DNA of 63,698 nucleotides, filler included, from Klebsormidium nitens (Eukaryota; Plantae; Klebsormidiophyceae), in the NCBI GenBank assembly GCA_000708835.1. It is 4 parts of 4 records of this genome, joined end to end, with 100 filler letters (N's around TTAATTAATTAA, not from the genome) between each part and the next. Parts side by side here need not be neighbours in the genome. Positions count along the whole stretch, not along the records: positions 1 to 13,949 come from DF238056.1; positions 14,050 to 29,741 come from DF238003.1; 2 more parts are not named here. The stretch is one strand, 5' to 3'. The notes under the pieces were generated by a model. The model was not told the DNA's origin. It saw only the letters and a program-made list of their open reading frames with translations, and did no database searches. Below, one piece after another: positions 9,809 to 22,563 of this stretch; the first letter of the stretch is position 1, and every line of letters starts with the position of its first letter. The position numbers were made by a program, and so were the translations under genes.

Positions 9809-12800
9809 TCAGGGCAGCGCCCACTTTTGCGCCGCATAGAAGGACTCCACCACATGCCACAAGTTCTGCTCCTTCAAAACGGGGGCCATCTCCAGCAGAT
9901 ACCCCTGAAGGGCGGCTGCCATGTAGTTACCGGGCCAGGTTGCGGACGGTACAGACTGCAGGATGGGAAGGACGCCTTCGACATAGGCGCAGGCCCAATG
10001 CGGCTCCGTGACTCTGTGGAAATAGTTGAAGTTCGCCTCAGCTTCGCTGCACAACCGTGGCTCATCAAAGTTTGCGCAGATGTGAGTGCCATACAGAAGC
10101 AGTGGCCGATCCCCAAGCTTTCCAACTGAAGCCCCCGACGCGCCCGGCGTCGTTGATGCTCGGATCTTCCCTAGCTCCTCAGAGTGCGCAATTGGATCCC
10201 CCACGCTCACGGACACGGTGTCTGCAGATCAGGACACAACCCGTCAGCTTACCATCAAGACTGTATGGTCGCAATGAAAAGATCCACGACATCCCAATAA
10301 ATGGTAGGGCTGAGGGATTGACAACGAGCTTTCATCGTTACTTGTGTCCACGCTTCATTCCCTCTTTCGTGTCCTCCAACGAGAAATCGGTGCATGAAAA
10401 CTGAGACTTCAGTTTCTCGTAACCATCTCTGGCCACTGAGAAATTCAACCAACTCCACCACTGCCGAACGGAGCAAGTCCTTGTGGTAAGCAATGATGCA
10501 AAAGAAAGATTCACAGCAACAAGAGCCAATGCATATAGGTGCATAGGTCTAATTTGGGCAGCATACCCTTGTCTTCGTGCTCTGCAAATCGTGCACAGCT
10601 TCAGCGCACCTTCACAGAAGTGCATACGTTCAGTGGTCCTGAAAATAATTCTGCTGATAGGTATACACATAGAAACAAACGCTCCTAGGCAAAGTCTTCG
10701 TTGCTAACGGCCTAGTAATTGACTTACCGGGGCACAGGACTTCCGTATTCATTTGGTAGGCGAGGAGCTTCTCCCGCCCCTTCGGGACCTTGTAAGTCGC
10801 ATTGATAGCGCCCTCCCTGACTGCCCCTGCAATTTACACAGAAGCAAAAAGTCGTATTCCCTGAGGAGCATACACTAGCGAGCTGTTATCCTGATGTACA
10901 AGTGACGATTCGATAATGCACAAGGTGCGTGAAGTCCTGACCCCTCGCAGACCCCGCAGCAGAAGACTGGTGCTCTTGGATGCTCTAAGGCACAGCCCTT
11001 CATATTTATGGAGCAGCTTGATGTCTTCCAGTCCCTGAGAAAACAATCCATCCTTCAATCACCCAATCAGGCGATTTCATAAGATGAATCTCGGTTGCAT
11101 TGAAGGTGTAGATGAGTCACACAGAGATATTCAGGCCCAGTCAGCACTGATCGGGGCTCACTATCACATGTATGTCAAAGTCAACAAGCTATAAATTGAC
11201 ATCATGGGCAGAACTGCATAGAGCGGGAGTGCAGAAAGAAAAAGGTTCATTGTTAATCTTTCCAAAGTGCTGCCAGCAAGCCTGTGATAACAGGACTCCA
11301 GTCTCCTGAGCATCTTTAAACCACAATGAAGCAGTTCCTGTCACTCACCCGGCACTTGAAGAACATAGTAGGTCTGCCCCGGCACCGGCTCTTCTGCAGT
11401 TGGAACATACCACCACTGGTTCGTGTGCTTGCGGTCATTGGTGTAGGGGAAAGGCTGGTTTGTGAAGGGGCTGCATTCTGCCCGGATGACACCTATCAAG
11501 AAGTCTAGACTATGGGGCCGACCAGAACTTGCGGTCTCCTTCACCCCGGAGTAGACGCGGGACCGGCTTCTACCAGCCACATCTGGTGAGACGTAGCTGG
11601 TAGCTCGGCCGGGTCTTGTCGGAACCTCGTTGCGCGCAAGGATCTCCACTCCGGTCTTCCACGCCCTTGAGGAGGTCATGGGCCCAACTGAGGAGCGGGC
11701 AGTAACTGATGGAATCTGTTCCAAGTAGCAAGGAAGTTGGAATTGAGAACAAATAAATCCAACTCCTTCAACTTGCTGCCAATGATCCATGAAGGTCTTC
11801 TTGCTTTAACTACACAGACAAATTGCAGAAACATCTATCCACCAGTAGTCTGTCCATTGTCAAAAGCAAGGCTGCAGCCGTTTGCTGCACCTATAAATGC
11901 CAGCCCCAATGGTTTCCCATATCTACAGCTGTATACACATTTCTCGGCAGCCTGACCCCGTTGTCTTTGGTGAATCCTCCCAAAACTAGGAGGTGAATGC
12001 ATATGATAGAGGTTGTGATCAGCAACTGAGAAGCACAGAAAGAGACCGTGAAGCACAGAAAGAGACCAAGAAGCATAGCCAGTGCTCTGATGATAACCCT
12101 TCCTGAATGGCAATGCAAAAGCAACCCTTCAGTGCCCTTCTCTTTTGTGCTTCCAAAGTTTCCTTTACCAGCTTAGATCCACCTCTCCTGGTGAAGCACT
12201 TGAGCAGTGTGACCAACACCAACTCGACTGGCGCCATCTCAGATAGCTCTGACTAAAACAGTTATCATAACCTCCGTCCCTTGAGCCTGCCCAAACTAGT
12301 CTTGTGTTGCTTCATAAATTCTCCTCACGAGAATACCTTGGAAGGTAAGGCAGATCCTCAATTGTGTTGGCAAGCGCTGGCTGTAGGACTTACCCCTGTG
12401 CCTTCCGCGATGGCATGCCCTGCCGATCCAAAGGCCACTACGTGATAAGAGCGGGGGCTGAGGACTGACGCATCCTGCTTAACCTTAGCCGCAAGCGTGT
12501 TCACATGTGCATCCAGCTCTGCTGTTCGACAAACAGGCGGGGACAACATGTATGCTGTCGCGCGGCCGCCGGTCCCATCTCTTAGTGGCAGAACCTGCGC
12601 CCCATTGAAACGCAGCCGCTCGGCATGCAGCAGCTGCTCGTCGGCAGGCAGGTCATTGCTGCAAAAAGGACCAAAGAATTACACATCAGATGACATGTTG
12701 CCGGCAAGAAGAACAAAAACACCGAGGTCAACATCACCAGCTATCCATGAACAAAACCTCATCCATGAACAAGACCTCATTTATAACACAGCATCCAATT

Positions 12801-13180
12801 GAGCAAGCGCGATGGACACAAAGGACACCTGTATCCAATTAGTGATATACGCCCTAGAAACCTCAGACCATTGTGTCTCACTTCAAACCAAGATCACTGA
12901 AAGGGACGAGAAGACCCATGGTGTGAACTCACTCAAAGACGAAAGGAGCGGCTGTGGCAAGTTGGAAGTCTTCATCGAGCGGCCAGATCTTCTTAAAGTC
13001 CTTCACTTCGTGCGTCCACTTCCCTTCCTGACGGATAAGTCGCTCCTGCGACGGGGCCTCGTCCATGGCAATTCCCAGCAGACAGCGAGGAGTAGCGGGC
13101 ACAGAGGTGCTCTGCTCGAAATTGCTCAGCCACGTTGCTCGCAGGGACTTTCTACTGTGTGGCTTGGACGCTCCTGAACA
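9809..13180 (-). CDS. orphan multi-exon gene, unknown function
   Basis: Three exons (ending 11349; about 10829-10728; about 10222-9809) splice in frame through canonical phase-1 GT-AG introns. Further exon-like segments lie at about 12000-12250, 12395-12660 and 12920-13180. Confidence 0.6.
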
Positions 13181-13792
13181 CCAACGAACGTTCTCATGGT
13201 TATGGTCAGGGGAGCAGGGACCTGGCAGGGAGCAGCGACCTGGCAGGGAGCACCTGAAGTTCGCCGCTACATATACCGTAGTCCAAGGTAATGAGTCCGA
13301 ATAAATAAATAATTATTTGCATTCGGAAAGTCAGAAATTCAGCTTTCCCGTTCGGAAAGTTCAAATTCGGAAAAGTAAAATAATCCCGAAATGGTCCTCG
13401 GAAGGCGAGAAACTGCCAAAATAGGCCTCAAATTTCTTTTTCAAGTGCAAACATAGGGCATTCGGATTCTGGTCGGAATCTGCATTAATAATTGCGCATT
13501 CCTGGTCGGATTGTTGGAAAATATTACTGGGAAAATCCGTTCGGAATCATCACGTTGGACTACGGTACCTTTGCACACCAGTTGGCGCGTCGAATATCCA
13601 CCCAACCCATGGCCCGGCCAATTTCCCTGCAGCATACGCGATGAACCATAAGGAGCTGGAAATACCATAAGGTTTCGAGCTTCACCCTTACCGCGCAGCG
13701 GCAGACCGTTTCCGTGCATTCCCTTGACTTGAAGTCCCAGCCTAGATCCTAGCATTCTCGACATTCCTAACAGCAACTGTGGGCACCTACAA

Positions 13793-13941
13793 ACCCCGAA
13801 GTTAGCGGGTCGGTTCGGGCCTCGGGTGTTTTACCGGACCGATTTCGGGGCGACCGAAGCGCGGCGCGGCAGCGCCTTTGGGGGAAAGGGGGGGACGCGT
13901 GGCACAATGTGGTTGGTTCTTTTTATGCCGTTCAACAGATG
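13793..13941 (+). repeat. ~148-bp direct repeat, copy 2
   Basis: Matches 7457-7604; abuts a scaffold gap. Confidence 0.9.
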
Positions 13942-13949
13942 GTTAGTTG

Positions 13950-14049
13950 NNNNNNNNNNNNNNNNNNNNNNNNNNNNNNNNNNNNNNNNNNNNTTAATTA
14001 ATTAANNNNNNNNNNNNNNNNNNNNNNNNNNNNNNNNNNNNNNNNNNNN
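13950..14049. other. scaffold gap with TTAATTAATTAA spacer
   Basis: N run with a central six-frame stop spacer. Confidence 0.95.
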
Positions 14050-14348
14050 TATATGTCGCCCTTTACCTGGCGACAGTCCAAGTTTCGCATGCGATGGGCC
14101 CGGGAACAGACCATGCGAATCATGCGAAGTGTGCGAAAGAGGCACTAGAAAGTCGGCCTAGGTGTTGTACAAAACACCCGTACGGCTGGGTGCGTAGTGC
14201 CCGTGCAGGTCTTGACTGCGGTGTTCAGTTGCAGTACAGCGGATTTGCTTTCTTACGGATCCGATCGTATGGCCAGTACTTTCGGATCGAACGATCTGTG
14301 TCCTTTCGGAAATTTGAATTCAAAAACGGTTGAACTGGGGCCAGCACC

Positions 14349-16779
14349 TTAGAGGCGCCAGGTCACTAGGTGCAGAAACGATGAAAGCTGGCAATTGCAC
14401 AGAGAGCTTAGCAAGAGGGTAAAAAACATGGACGCCATTAACCCTTTGGTGTCTGCTAGTCCTTTTGAGCTGCAAAGATAGCTGGCAGGGGTTGAGGAGA
14501 CACGGGATAACGGGAAATACCGGCCTGGCCTCAAAAGGGGGAAGCTAGGGTCTCTAGCTGGGACGGTTCTTGACATCCTGCAGGATCAAAGTGGAACGTA
14601 GGCTCCTGTGTGTTATATATATGAAGCTCTGACCCTGCAAAAATTGCCTCCCGAGTGCTCTCTGAATATTGCATTGCCCTTCTTGCCTTTGGGATCATCA
14701 CATAATGGTGATTCTAGAAAGTCAGCCTCCTGCTGGACTTGGAGCAACAACAGTTCCACTTGTGAGGAGGAGGACGCGGCTGACAGCTGAAGCAAATGGT
14801 TCTGCCTCAGCGTTGGATGAAGCGGCTGGCCAAGCTGCAGGGGGATGCTCAGCGCACACAGTGGATCGATGTTCGGTCCAGCATGGCCGAGGGACCCACC
14901 GCTGCACGTCTGAATTGAAAGGGCAGTTTGCAAACCCTGCATGTTCTCTGTTAGATCTAAAGGACCTCCTACTCACAGGACATGGGAAAGGTCAGCCCAC
15001 AGACCTGTTGTCCATCTCTTTTCATGCGGTACACCATGTCGCCGTGCTTGAGAGCTGCCAGTCTTCTGTCCTTCAGTGCTCATGGCAACCAACTACCTAG
15101 TTTTACTTAGTCACAGCAGACAATATTCTGCATCTTTGAGGTCCTTAGAGATGGCCCAGGACGTTGATTTAACTGTCGAAATTGGAGAATGATATATGTT
15201 CAGTGTCATTCCTCTATTAGTCAGGGCCCTTGACCTAATCCAGAAAAGAAACACTCTAATAACCTGTACTGACTGGCGCTCGCTGCAAAACAAATCCATC
15301 TTAGTGTGGATTTGACATCCCCTGCGAGCACCTTTCAACCGCAGGGCTGCCCTCACGGCCACGTACCCAATGTGTTTGAGGCTGAGCTCAAAGGTGCAAG
15401 CACTGTAGGCATGGTAGATGAGGGGTCGGGCAGGCCTGACTTTTTTGTGCTCTGATGGGCATGGCAGGAGACCTGGCTTTCAAAGCGGATATGATAGTCA
15501 TTTAAAGTCAGGTGTTCTTAGCAGTGACCCAATAATGCAATTATCTAAGATTACTTGCACCGGGGCGGCTTATCCTAGCAGACGCTCCGTGATCTGACAT
15601 GTTGGTTCGATCATCTGGTATGCAGATCTCCATGGCATCCAGTGCGACAGCTGCGCGCTTGCAGCGGTTTGCGGGCGCCGTGGCGGCCAGAAGGGGGGGG
15701 CTACTGAATGGCGCTGTGAGGAACATCAGGATCGACTCCCTGCTGGAGCGCGGAGTGCGGCGTCCGCTGGCTACTTCTCAGTTCACAAGAGCTGGGAAGG
15801 TAGAAACTCTTCGACATTATTGCATTTTTAAAAAGTTTGGGAGCTTTGATCAGTTTGAGCTTGCTCGTGTCGTCTGCTTTCGTTCTCTCATAGGAATCAT
15901 GCATTCAAAGATGACCTTTCTGGGGCAGGTCATTCTGCTTGGTCATCCATTACACCTTCATTCTCACATTGCAAATGGAAGAAGGCTATCTTTGAAAAGC
16001 ACTACAAGCATAGACTGCGCTTGACGAACGTTTACCCTTTGCTGTTACTTGGAATACGGGAAAGGCTTGTCTGTGCAGTAGCCAAAGTCTGCCCGGCATT
16101 GTGAGCTGCTACGTCCCTCCAACGTCCAAGATCACCATCTGATGGGCTGCCACGTGAAGCAGTACTCCTCTCCTTACAATCTGTATTCTAGTTTCGAAAA
16201 TCAAGAGGCTTGAATCGAGTACCGACATGGTCATAAATCTCGTACAGAGTGGCTCAAGCGCCGGGAAGAGCGAAGGTGCCAACTGAAGGAGGCGCTTGAA
16301 GGGGCGAAGCAAGAACAACAGAACCATATTCGGAAGCTCCAAGAGCTGCATACGGCTCTTGTGCAGGACGCGCTGGCGCCAGCTCGACACATTCTCAGTG
16401 AGTGCCCTATGCAAAGATGTGTACTGTTCATCCGAGACAGCTTTTTGACAGAGCGAAAAGGTTTTCACACGTCCGATCCAAGGTAACGCCGTGTACAAAT
16501 GGAAGAGAGTGCTACTGTGTGTGCGGCAGCCTGCAATAAAGCTTTCTAGTCGTTCCTTGAACTTGCAGTACTTAGCAACAATGGCCGTTATTCAACCAGT
16601 GAAAACAGTGGATTCCGTGAGAAGCGTACGCTCTTTTTATTGCAGGGTGGGCTGGTTGTGAACGCTTGCGGAGGTGCTTTGCTGAGTATCAAGTATACCA
16701 TGAGCAGTCCATGCCAGCCGGTGTCGAGGTTGGCATAAAGCACATTCTGAGCAGAGCGCTCATTGGTGGGTTCGATCAC
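14349..16779 (-). CDS. orphan multi-exon gene, unknown function, divergent from the recombinase
   Basis: Exon-like segments with splice signals: VIEPTNERSAQNVLYANLDTGWHGLLM, FKERLESFIAG...LLELPNM, ...ARPLIYHAYSACTFELSLKHIGYVAVRAALRL and RLAALKHGDMVYRMKRDGQQ. The full model is not resolved. Confidence 0.45.
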
Positions 16780-17066
16780 CTGTTACCGACGACACGTGGA
16801 CTCTGACTTTTCTTATCTTTGCTTTCAACCCCCCTTTGTATCCTGTGCATCAACTCGCTGGACTGGGTTTTCGTGACTCGAGGGACGCTTTTAAGTTTGC
16901 TCATCCCTCAGTATTCCGGCGGATTCTCAAAGCTTGCCACTTTGTTCCGATTTGAGTCAGGTCAGGCTATCCAACAAATGCAGATTCTTATCAAGAGTGT
17001 AGGAAGAACTCGTTGTGCCCTTTAAGCAAGCAACTGATCAAGCGTCCCTTTTTGTTCTTGCGGCAG

Positions 17067-17110
17067 ACATGCTCCTGCTTCGCGGGAATGTGGAGTCAAA
17101 TCCTGGACCG
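17067..17110 (+). other. 2A/StopGo-like motif (D)MLLLRGNVESNPGP
   Basis: Direct translation; the exon begins after GGCAG at 17066. Candidate upstream donor TCAG|GTCAGG at 16960 (phase 1). Confidence 0.7.
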
Positions 17111-20100
17111 CCAGCTACAGACGAGCAGGCGCGGGTTGACGGTAAGCTTTTGCAAATAGCAGATTACTTTTGGAAGGTACATGACGTCATAGATTGAAAG
17201 GCAAAAGATCAGAGGATCATCCGACTGCACTTTTCAATAAGTGTCGAGTGTGGGTGGGTAGCTCTGAAAAGCCTCCAAAACTGCATCAGTCGAGTAAGGC
17301 TCGGCCTCCCATACTTGCTTATCGATCATATGAGTCGGGCTCATTTGAGTTAAGGCCGTCGAAGTTTTGAACAGGTCTCCAAAGGATCACAAATCACAGG
17401 CAAGGAAGATACGCCTCCTTAGTCAACTATTTGCGCCTGGGTTGTCACTTCCTACAGGTTTTGTTGAAGACGACTACTCGTCTGAGGACGAGCCACTGAT
17501 TCGCCGCACTACTCTCAGCAATCCTGCTCGGTCCACACAACCAAGACCATCGACCGGGGCCACGTCGGAGCTACCCAATTGGCAGACGGGGTGTGCAAGA
17601 AGTAGGAGTCGACAAAGCGGCCAGCGTGGCAGAAGTGGCGTCTCTAGATTGCCTTCAAATGACGTACGCCAGGAGCATACAGGTGACTCGTTTCATCTGT
17701 GCTTCTGTCTTTCGGGCTTTTTCGATTGTTCCAAGCTTTCGTCCTGCGCTTGTTAGGTGTCGCCTCCTCGGGGTCCTCTCGAGCTCCACTCTTCGACCTC
17801 CCTTTCTGAGGTAACATCCTTTTCGGTGGTGCTAAACATGTCATTCTCTCTTTGCCAGCTGTTAAGCTCTCCATTTGCACCCGACATTGAATCAACCAGG
17901 AATCGGTCACCAACTCATTAACTCCGGGCAATTGTTCTCGTTTTTTTTTCACTCTTTGAGTCATGTCCTTCCTCCAGTTTCCTTCACTCCTTGATTCTGC
18001 TCGTTGCAATATTCCATTGCCCTCGCATCACTGCTTTCTTCCCGTTCTTCTTTCTCTTTCACTTCATCCATCACCTTTGCGTTGGGCTTGCTCCTTCTTC
18101 GGCTTCTTTCCTGAGCTTCTGCTCCGGCTGAGTGCACCGCCTACTCCCTTTGACCTTTTTAAACTGATCAGTCCTTCTTGGACATGCAGGCGATGTCGGG
18201 AACTCGCCCCCGACTGCCAATCCCGATGGCGATCACCGATCTGCAACCGAGTGGCCAATTCAGCAGGCTGCTGCTGTGGCCACCGGTCCCACAGCACCGG
18301 GAGCAGCTGCTGAAACGGGACATGGGCAGCGCTCAACCCGAAGCAGGGGGCGTGGTAGGGGCAGAGGATCGGGGACTCGGAGACAAGCAGGCAGCCGGAA
18401 GCAGGGCGTTGGTCGGAAAAGTGGGACGAGTATCCTGGACACAGCGCTTGCGAGGCCCACGGATGGGACTGGCAATCAGCCGGGGTCCGAGGGGGTTGCT
18501 AACGCACAGGATCGAGAGAATGCGGAAAGGCAAGGGGTTCTTGGAAGAAGAGAGCAGAATTCGGAGTGCGTCGAAGAGGACACGGAGGAGCGAGCTCAAG
18601 AGAGGCACGTTGCTGACGCCCGCTGGAATGCTGCAATCAAGAAGGACGCCAATCTGAAGCCGAAGAGCAAGAAGGACTACATTCGAGGCCTCAAAACTTA
18701 CAAGGTAATATCTGTAGGGAATCAAAATTGACCATATGATTGATGACTTGAGAATCCTCTTCCTGCTCTTTCGTCGCCGCGTGCACGACACGCCTGCCCA
18801 TGTAGAACTTAAGTGCAAAGTCAGGACCAGGTTCATCTGATACAGGTGAAATGCGGACTCTAGCGATTGTATGAGACGTCTAGTAAGAGTTTGAACGGGG
18901 GGTCAACCCCGCCTGCGTTATCCAGCTAATGAGCCTTATAGATGCTTCGTCTCTGTTTCTATGTTTCTTATGGTGTGAGAACAAAGCCAATTGTATAGCC
19001 GTATATTGACCTCCAAAGACAGGTTACCGGAGGCGAAATTCAGGGTGTATCAAGGCATTTGCTGGCCTTACTCATGCCGTTTCCTGTACTCGCGCAGCAT
19101 TTCTGTGTCCAACACGGATATGGGAGAGACGATGGTGACTGGGCTCCCGCCAGATCTGCGGCAGTCCTCAAGAAGCTGGGCGGCAGTACGTTGCCTCTCT
19201 GGGCATCAGGCCCTCGAATTACGGTGGACAGAATTGCCTTGGCTGTCGATCTGGTCGAAAAGCTGAACGATCAAGATGAAATGGTGAGTGATGACATCAG
19301 CAAGCGCATGGCATGAAGTTTTCTTCACGCTTGTGGCATCGTTCCGTGTTTCTTGCGATTGTCTAGTTTGGTTGTGCTGAGCGATTGTTGCGCTTGACTG
19401 CGGGCTTATTTGTCCTTAAGAAGATATTGGCAGAATGGTTCCTGACAAGTCTCCACAAGAAAGGCAGGCTATGTAGCAGCTCAATGCTTTGAAAGGACCC
19501 TTCTGCATAACCATATGTCTTCGAGCAGGCTCTTAGACGTTTCTCTTTTCACTGGAATCTATGTGAAGCACGCAACCGATCTTTCATTGCCGCTCCATGT
19601 AGTCCATTGGCGTCGTCCAAAACTTCTGCAAGGCACTGCAATTTTACGCCATCGTCCAAGACTTCCTCGAGGGTATACATACCTCGAGCATGGACGTGAG
19701 AGCCATCCATTCGATGCAAGAGCTTTTGAAGTGTGCAGCTGGCAACACTGCCAACAAGAAGATTCGGTGAGGGTACAACATTTTGATCGATAAGAGAGCC
19801 GCTCGAAGGGAAGAACCCCCGATCACTGCAGCCTTTGACCGCAAAAAGCTGGAGCCTTTGCAATCGCAACGTGACCAGGCATGTTCAGTTGCCCTCCTTA
19901 GAAAATACGGACAAAGTCTCGATGCTATTGACTTGGGCGCGCCCTCTTCGCTTGCAAGCTTCCAAAGACCTTCAACATTCAGATCCCAAGACTGGGTCCC
20001 AGCAGATGGCTTCACTATAGCTAGAGATTCAAACGACTCCGCTGATCATGCTTGATCTTCGATGTGCAGCGCATGTGCAGACCGACAAGAAGGTACAGAA

Positions 20101-20572
20101 TCGGACGGATACACCGAGGAAGAGAAGCTCCGCTTAGCGCAGGCTTGGCTTGCGAAGGGGACCAGGTTGGTGTCTGGTGACGCTGAGGGAGAAGACGGTG
20201 ATGTTCATCAGCACACCACCATGAGGTGAGTAAGCTGGGCCCCGCAACTTAGAACTGTGTGTCTTTTTCTAGCAATCTCTTGTGCGGGAACCTTGTCATC
20301 CTGAGATAAGACTGCAGCCAAGTGATTCAAAAAGCGCGGTCAGATCAATGGGTTAGCAGCTGCCTTAATCCGCGTATTGCCCTGGCAGGATAGGATGAAT
20401 GAAACACTTGCGCCCAACGGTCAAAGATAACGGGACGTCCTCGTTCCCCAAAGGCAAGGCATGATACACGAAGGCACACTGTCCACAAATCCAAGCCGGC
20501 GTCACAGGACTGCTGTCTTTAAAGACGTCGTTTACAATACCATCGGACTTATGATTTCGAAACTTCTTGCAG

Positions 20573-22563
20573 AGGAATGTTCCTGACCTCTCACCAGTTC
20601 TGCCTCCGCGGCGATGATGCTCGGAGTATCGACTTGCCTGATCTGTACTCGAAAACGTACCGGCATGTCGGGCCGGACGTCCCTTTGTACGTGGGCGGCG
20701 TGAGCTACTCGGGGAAGACCAACAAAGTGAGAGCTTATACTTGAGTGCCCGAGGCTGAGTGGCTGAAAATTTGTCATGCTTCTCGGAAAAGATCGAAGAT
20801 TCCTAAACCGTTGAGTCGTCTATGTTTTCTGGAACAAGTAGACTCTTGAAATGCACGCGAACAGTTGCGAGAACGGTCTAGGAACTCTTTGGAAAGATCC
20901 TGTGACCCGACACTGTTGCCCAACCCTTTCATCGCAGAACGGGCGTCTGGAGTACTTCGGTGGCATCCGCCACATGCAGGTCGAACAGTGTGCGGTTGGG
21001 GCGGTCGCCATGCAGCTTTTTCAGACGTTCCATTTGTTGGGTGCCGATGCCCCTGACTTCAGCAGCAGGGAAAGCTGGTGGGTACTTCTTCGATCTGATG
21101 CACTCATTGTGCTTCGCCAATTTTGCTCACTGTCGATCACGAGCAAGCTTTTGTACCTTCAAAGAACAGCCGCTTCTAGAGCCGGTTACAACGTAGTAGA
21201 TATGATATTCTGTCTTTTGGAAGAAGAATCTTGACGTCGAAGACCGATAAGGCCCAAGGTTACGAGTTTAGGCCGTGACGTTTTGCAATTTGACAAAGCA
21301 TCATCCTTCAGAAGGAAAGCATAATCCTTCAGGAGTTGGGTTCCCGCTCTTTCTGGCTAGCTTGCCGTTGTACGGGCTTTATCGCAGATTTGCTCACTCG
21401 GTTCTGAGGTTTTTCGCAGGTACAACTTGCGTCCTCTCTTCTACGAAAATGATGACGTCAGCAGGAACGTCACGTACAATACGCAGCTCAAGCACTTCAA
21501 GCAGGCGTACGGCGAGCAGGAGATTGTATCCAGCAAGCTTACGCATGCGCCGCGCGGCGCATCAGTGCGGCATGCTGAGAATAACGGGTGAGCATTCACA
21601 CCATTCGGGACTTTTCGAAAAAAATGTTACCTCGTCAGAATGTCAATTTCAAGCTCAAGCTGCCCCGCAACCCGATAACCGGTCGCACTTGCGTGTTGCT
21701 CTGGATGCACGGGCAGAGGAGTGTCAAGAGTGCAAGGTCGTCAGTCCAAACTGAGTTCTTGAGGGCGTGCTTCTCGTCAGCCAAAGCCAAACCTTCGAGC
21801 ATGACTGACACCACAAGTCTGCAATGATGTTTGGGGTCCCGCCGAGATGATCTCGGGAAGGCGTTAATTACAGGGCTCTCGACCAAAGATTACTGATCAA
21901 TCGTCTCCATAATTTCTCTGCAGCGGCAAAGAAGCTGAGAGTGCTCGGCTCGGCCGTTGGATCTACGATCACTTCCGGACTTCGTACCTGCACCAACTTC
22001 CAGTCGGGATTATGCTTGTCCAGGCGGGATTCAAGGACGACCGCAAAGGGTACTTTTTCCCACGTGGTCGGGTGCTCCCCTCAGAGGACGAGTACCCGGG
22101 TTTGGCGAAGCAGATCTTTCCCTGGGCCGACGAGGAGCTGCGGAAGGTGAAGCAGGTATGTTCCTTGATACTTGTTGGAAGACTTTTGATGGGTTCCAAA
22201 ATGAATCGCCATTGGACATCAGTGCACGTGTACAATGATCTTGCTGCAGTTCCGCTTCCTCGGAAATATAACCCACTGATATTTCTTCTAGCGAGCATTC
22301 AATCTTCATTTGCAGAGGAACCTAACAGGGCCAGCCAGTCAGCGCGACATCGCCGCGCAAAAGTTCCTGGAGCTGCTCATCGAGTTGCGGGCGGTGCTGC
22401 TGCAAGACGTGGCACTCCTCCAGCGGATGGGGAGATACGAGGACCATCCAATCATCTACCACCACTTCTTCGAGGGGGAGGAGTGGGACAGGTTCTGCGA
22501 CGCTGTAGAAGCGGTGTGCAACGCGCCTGCTCCTCCTCCCGAGCTCGCAAACATCCCCCCGGA
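20573..22563 (+). CDS. tyrosine recombinase catalytic core exons (Crypton/NDC10 type)
   Basis: Five exons (about 20573-20733, 20940-21079, 21421-21588, 21924-22156 and 22316-22563) splice in frame and carry R, HxxR, W and Y. Confidence 0.9.

Noticed and set aside
12030-12075. GAAGCACAGAAAGAGACC repeated 2-3 times
   Set aside because: Simple slippage duplication with no further structure.
13210-13256. 18-bp unit repeated about 2.5 times (GGGAGCAGSGACCTGGCA)
   Set aside because: Short local tandem duplication with no spacers; not CRISPR-like, and its PGP-like reading lacks the ExNPGP motif.
13994-14005. TTAATTAATTAA palindrome inside each N run
   Set aside because: Identical in all three gaps; an artificial six-frame-stop scaffolding spacer, not biology.
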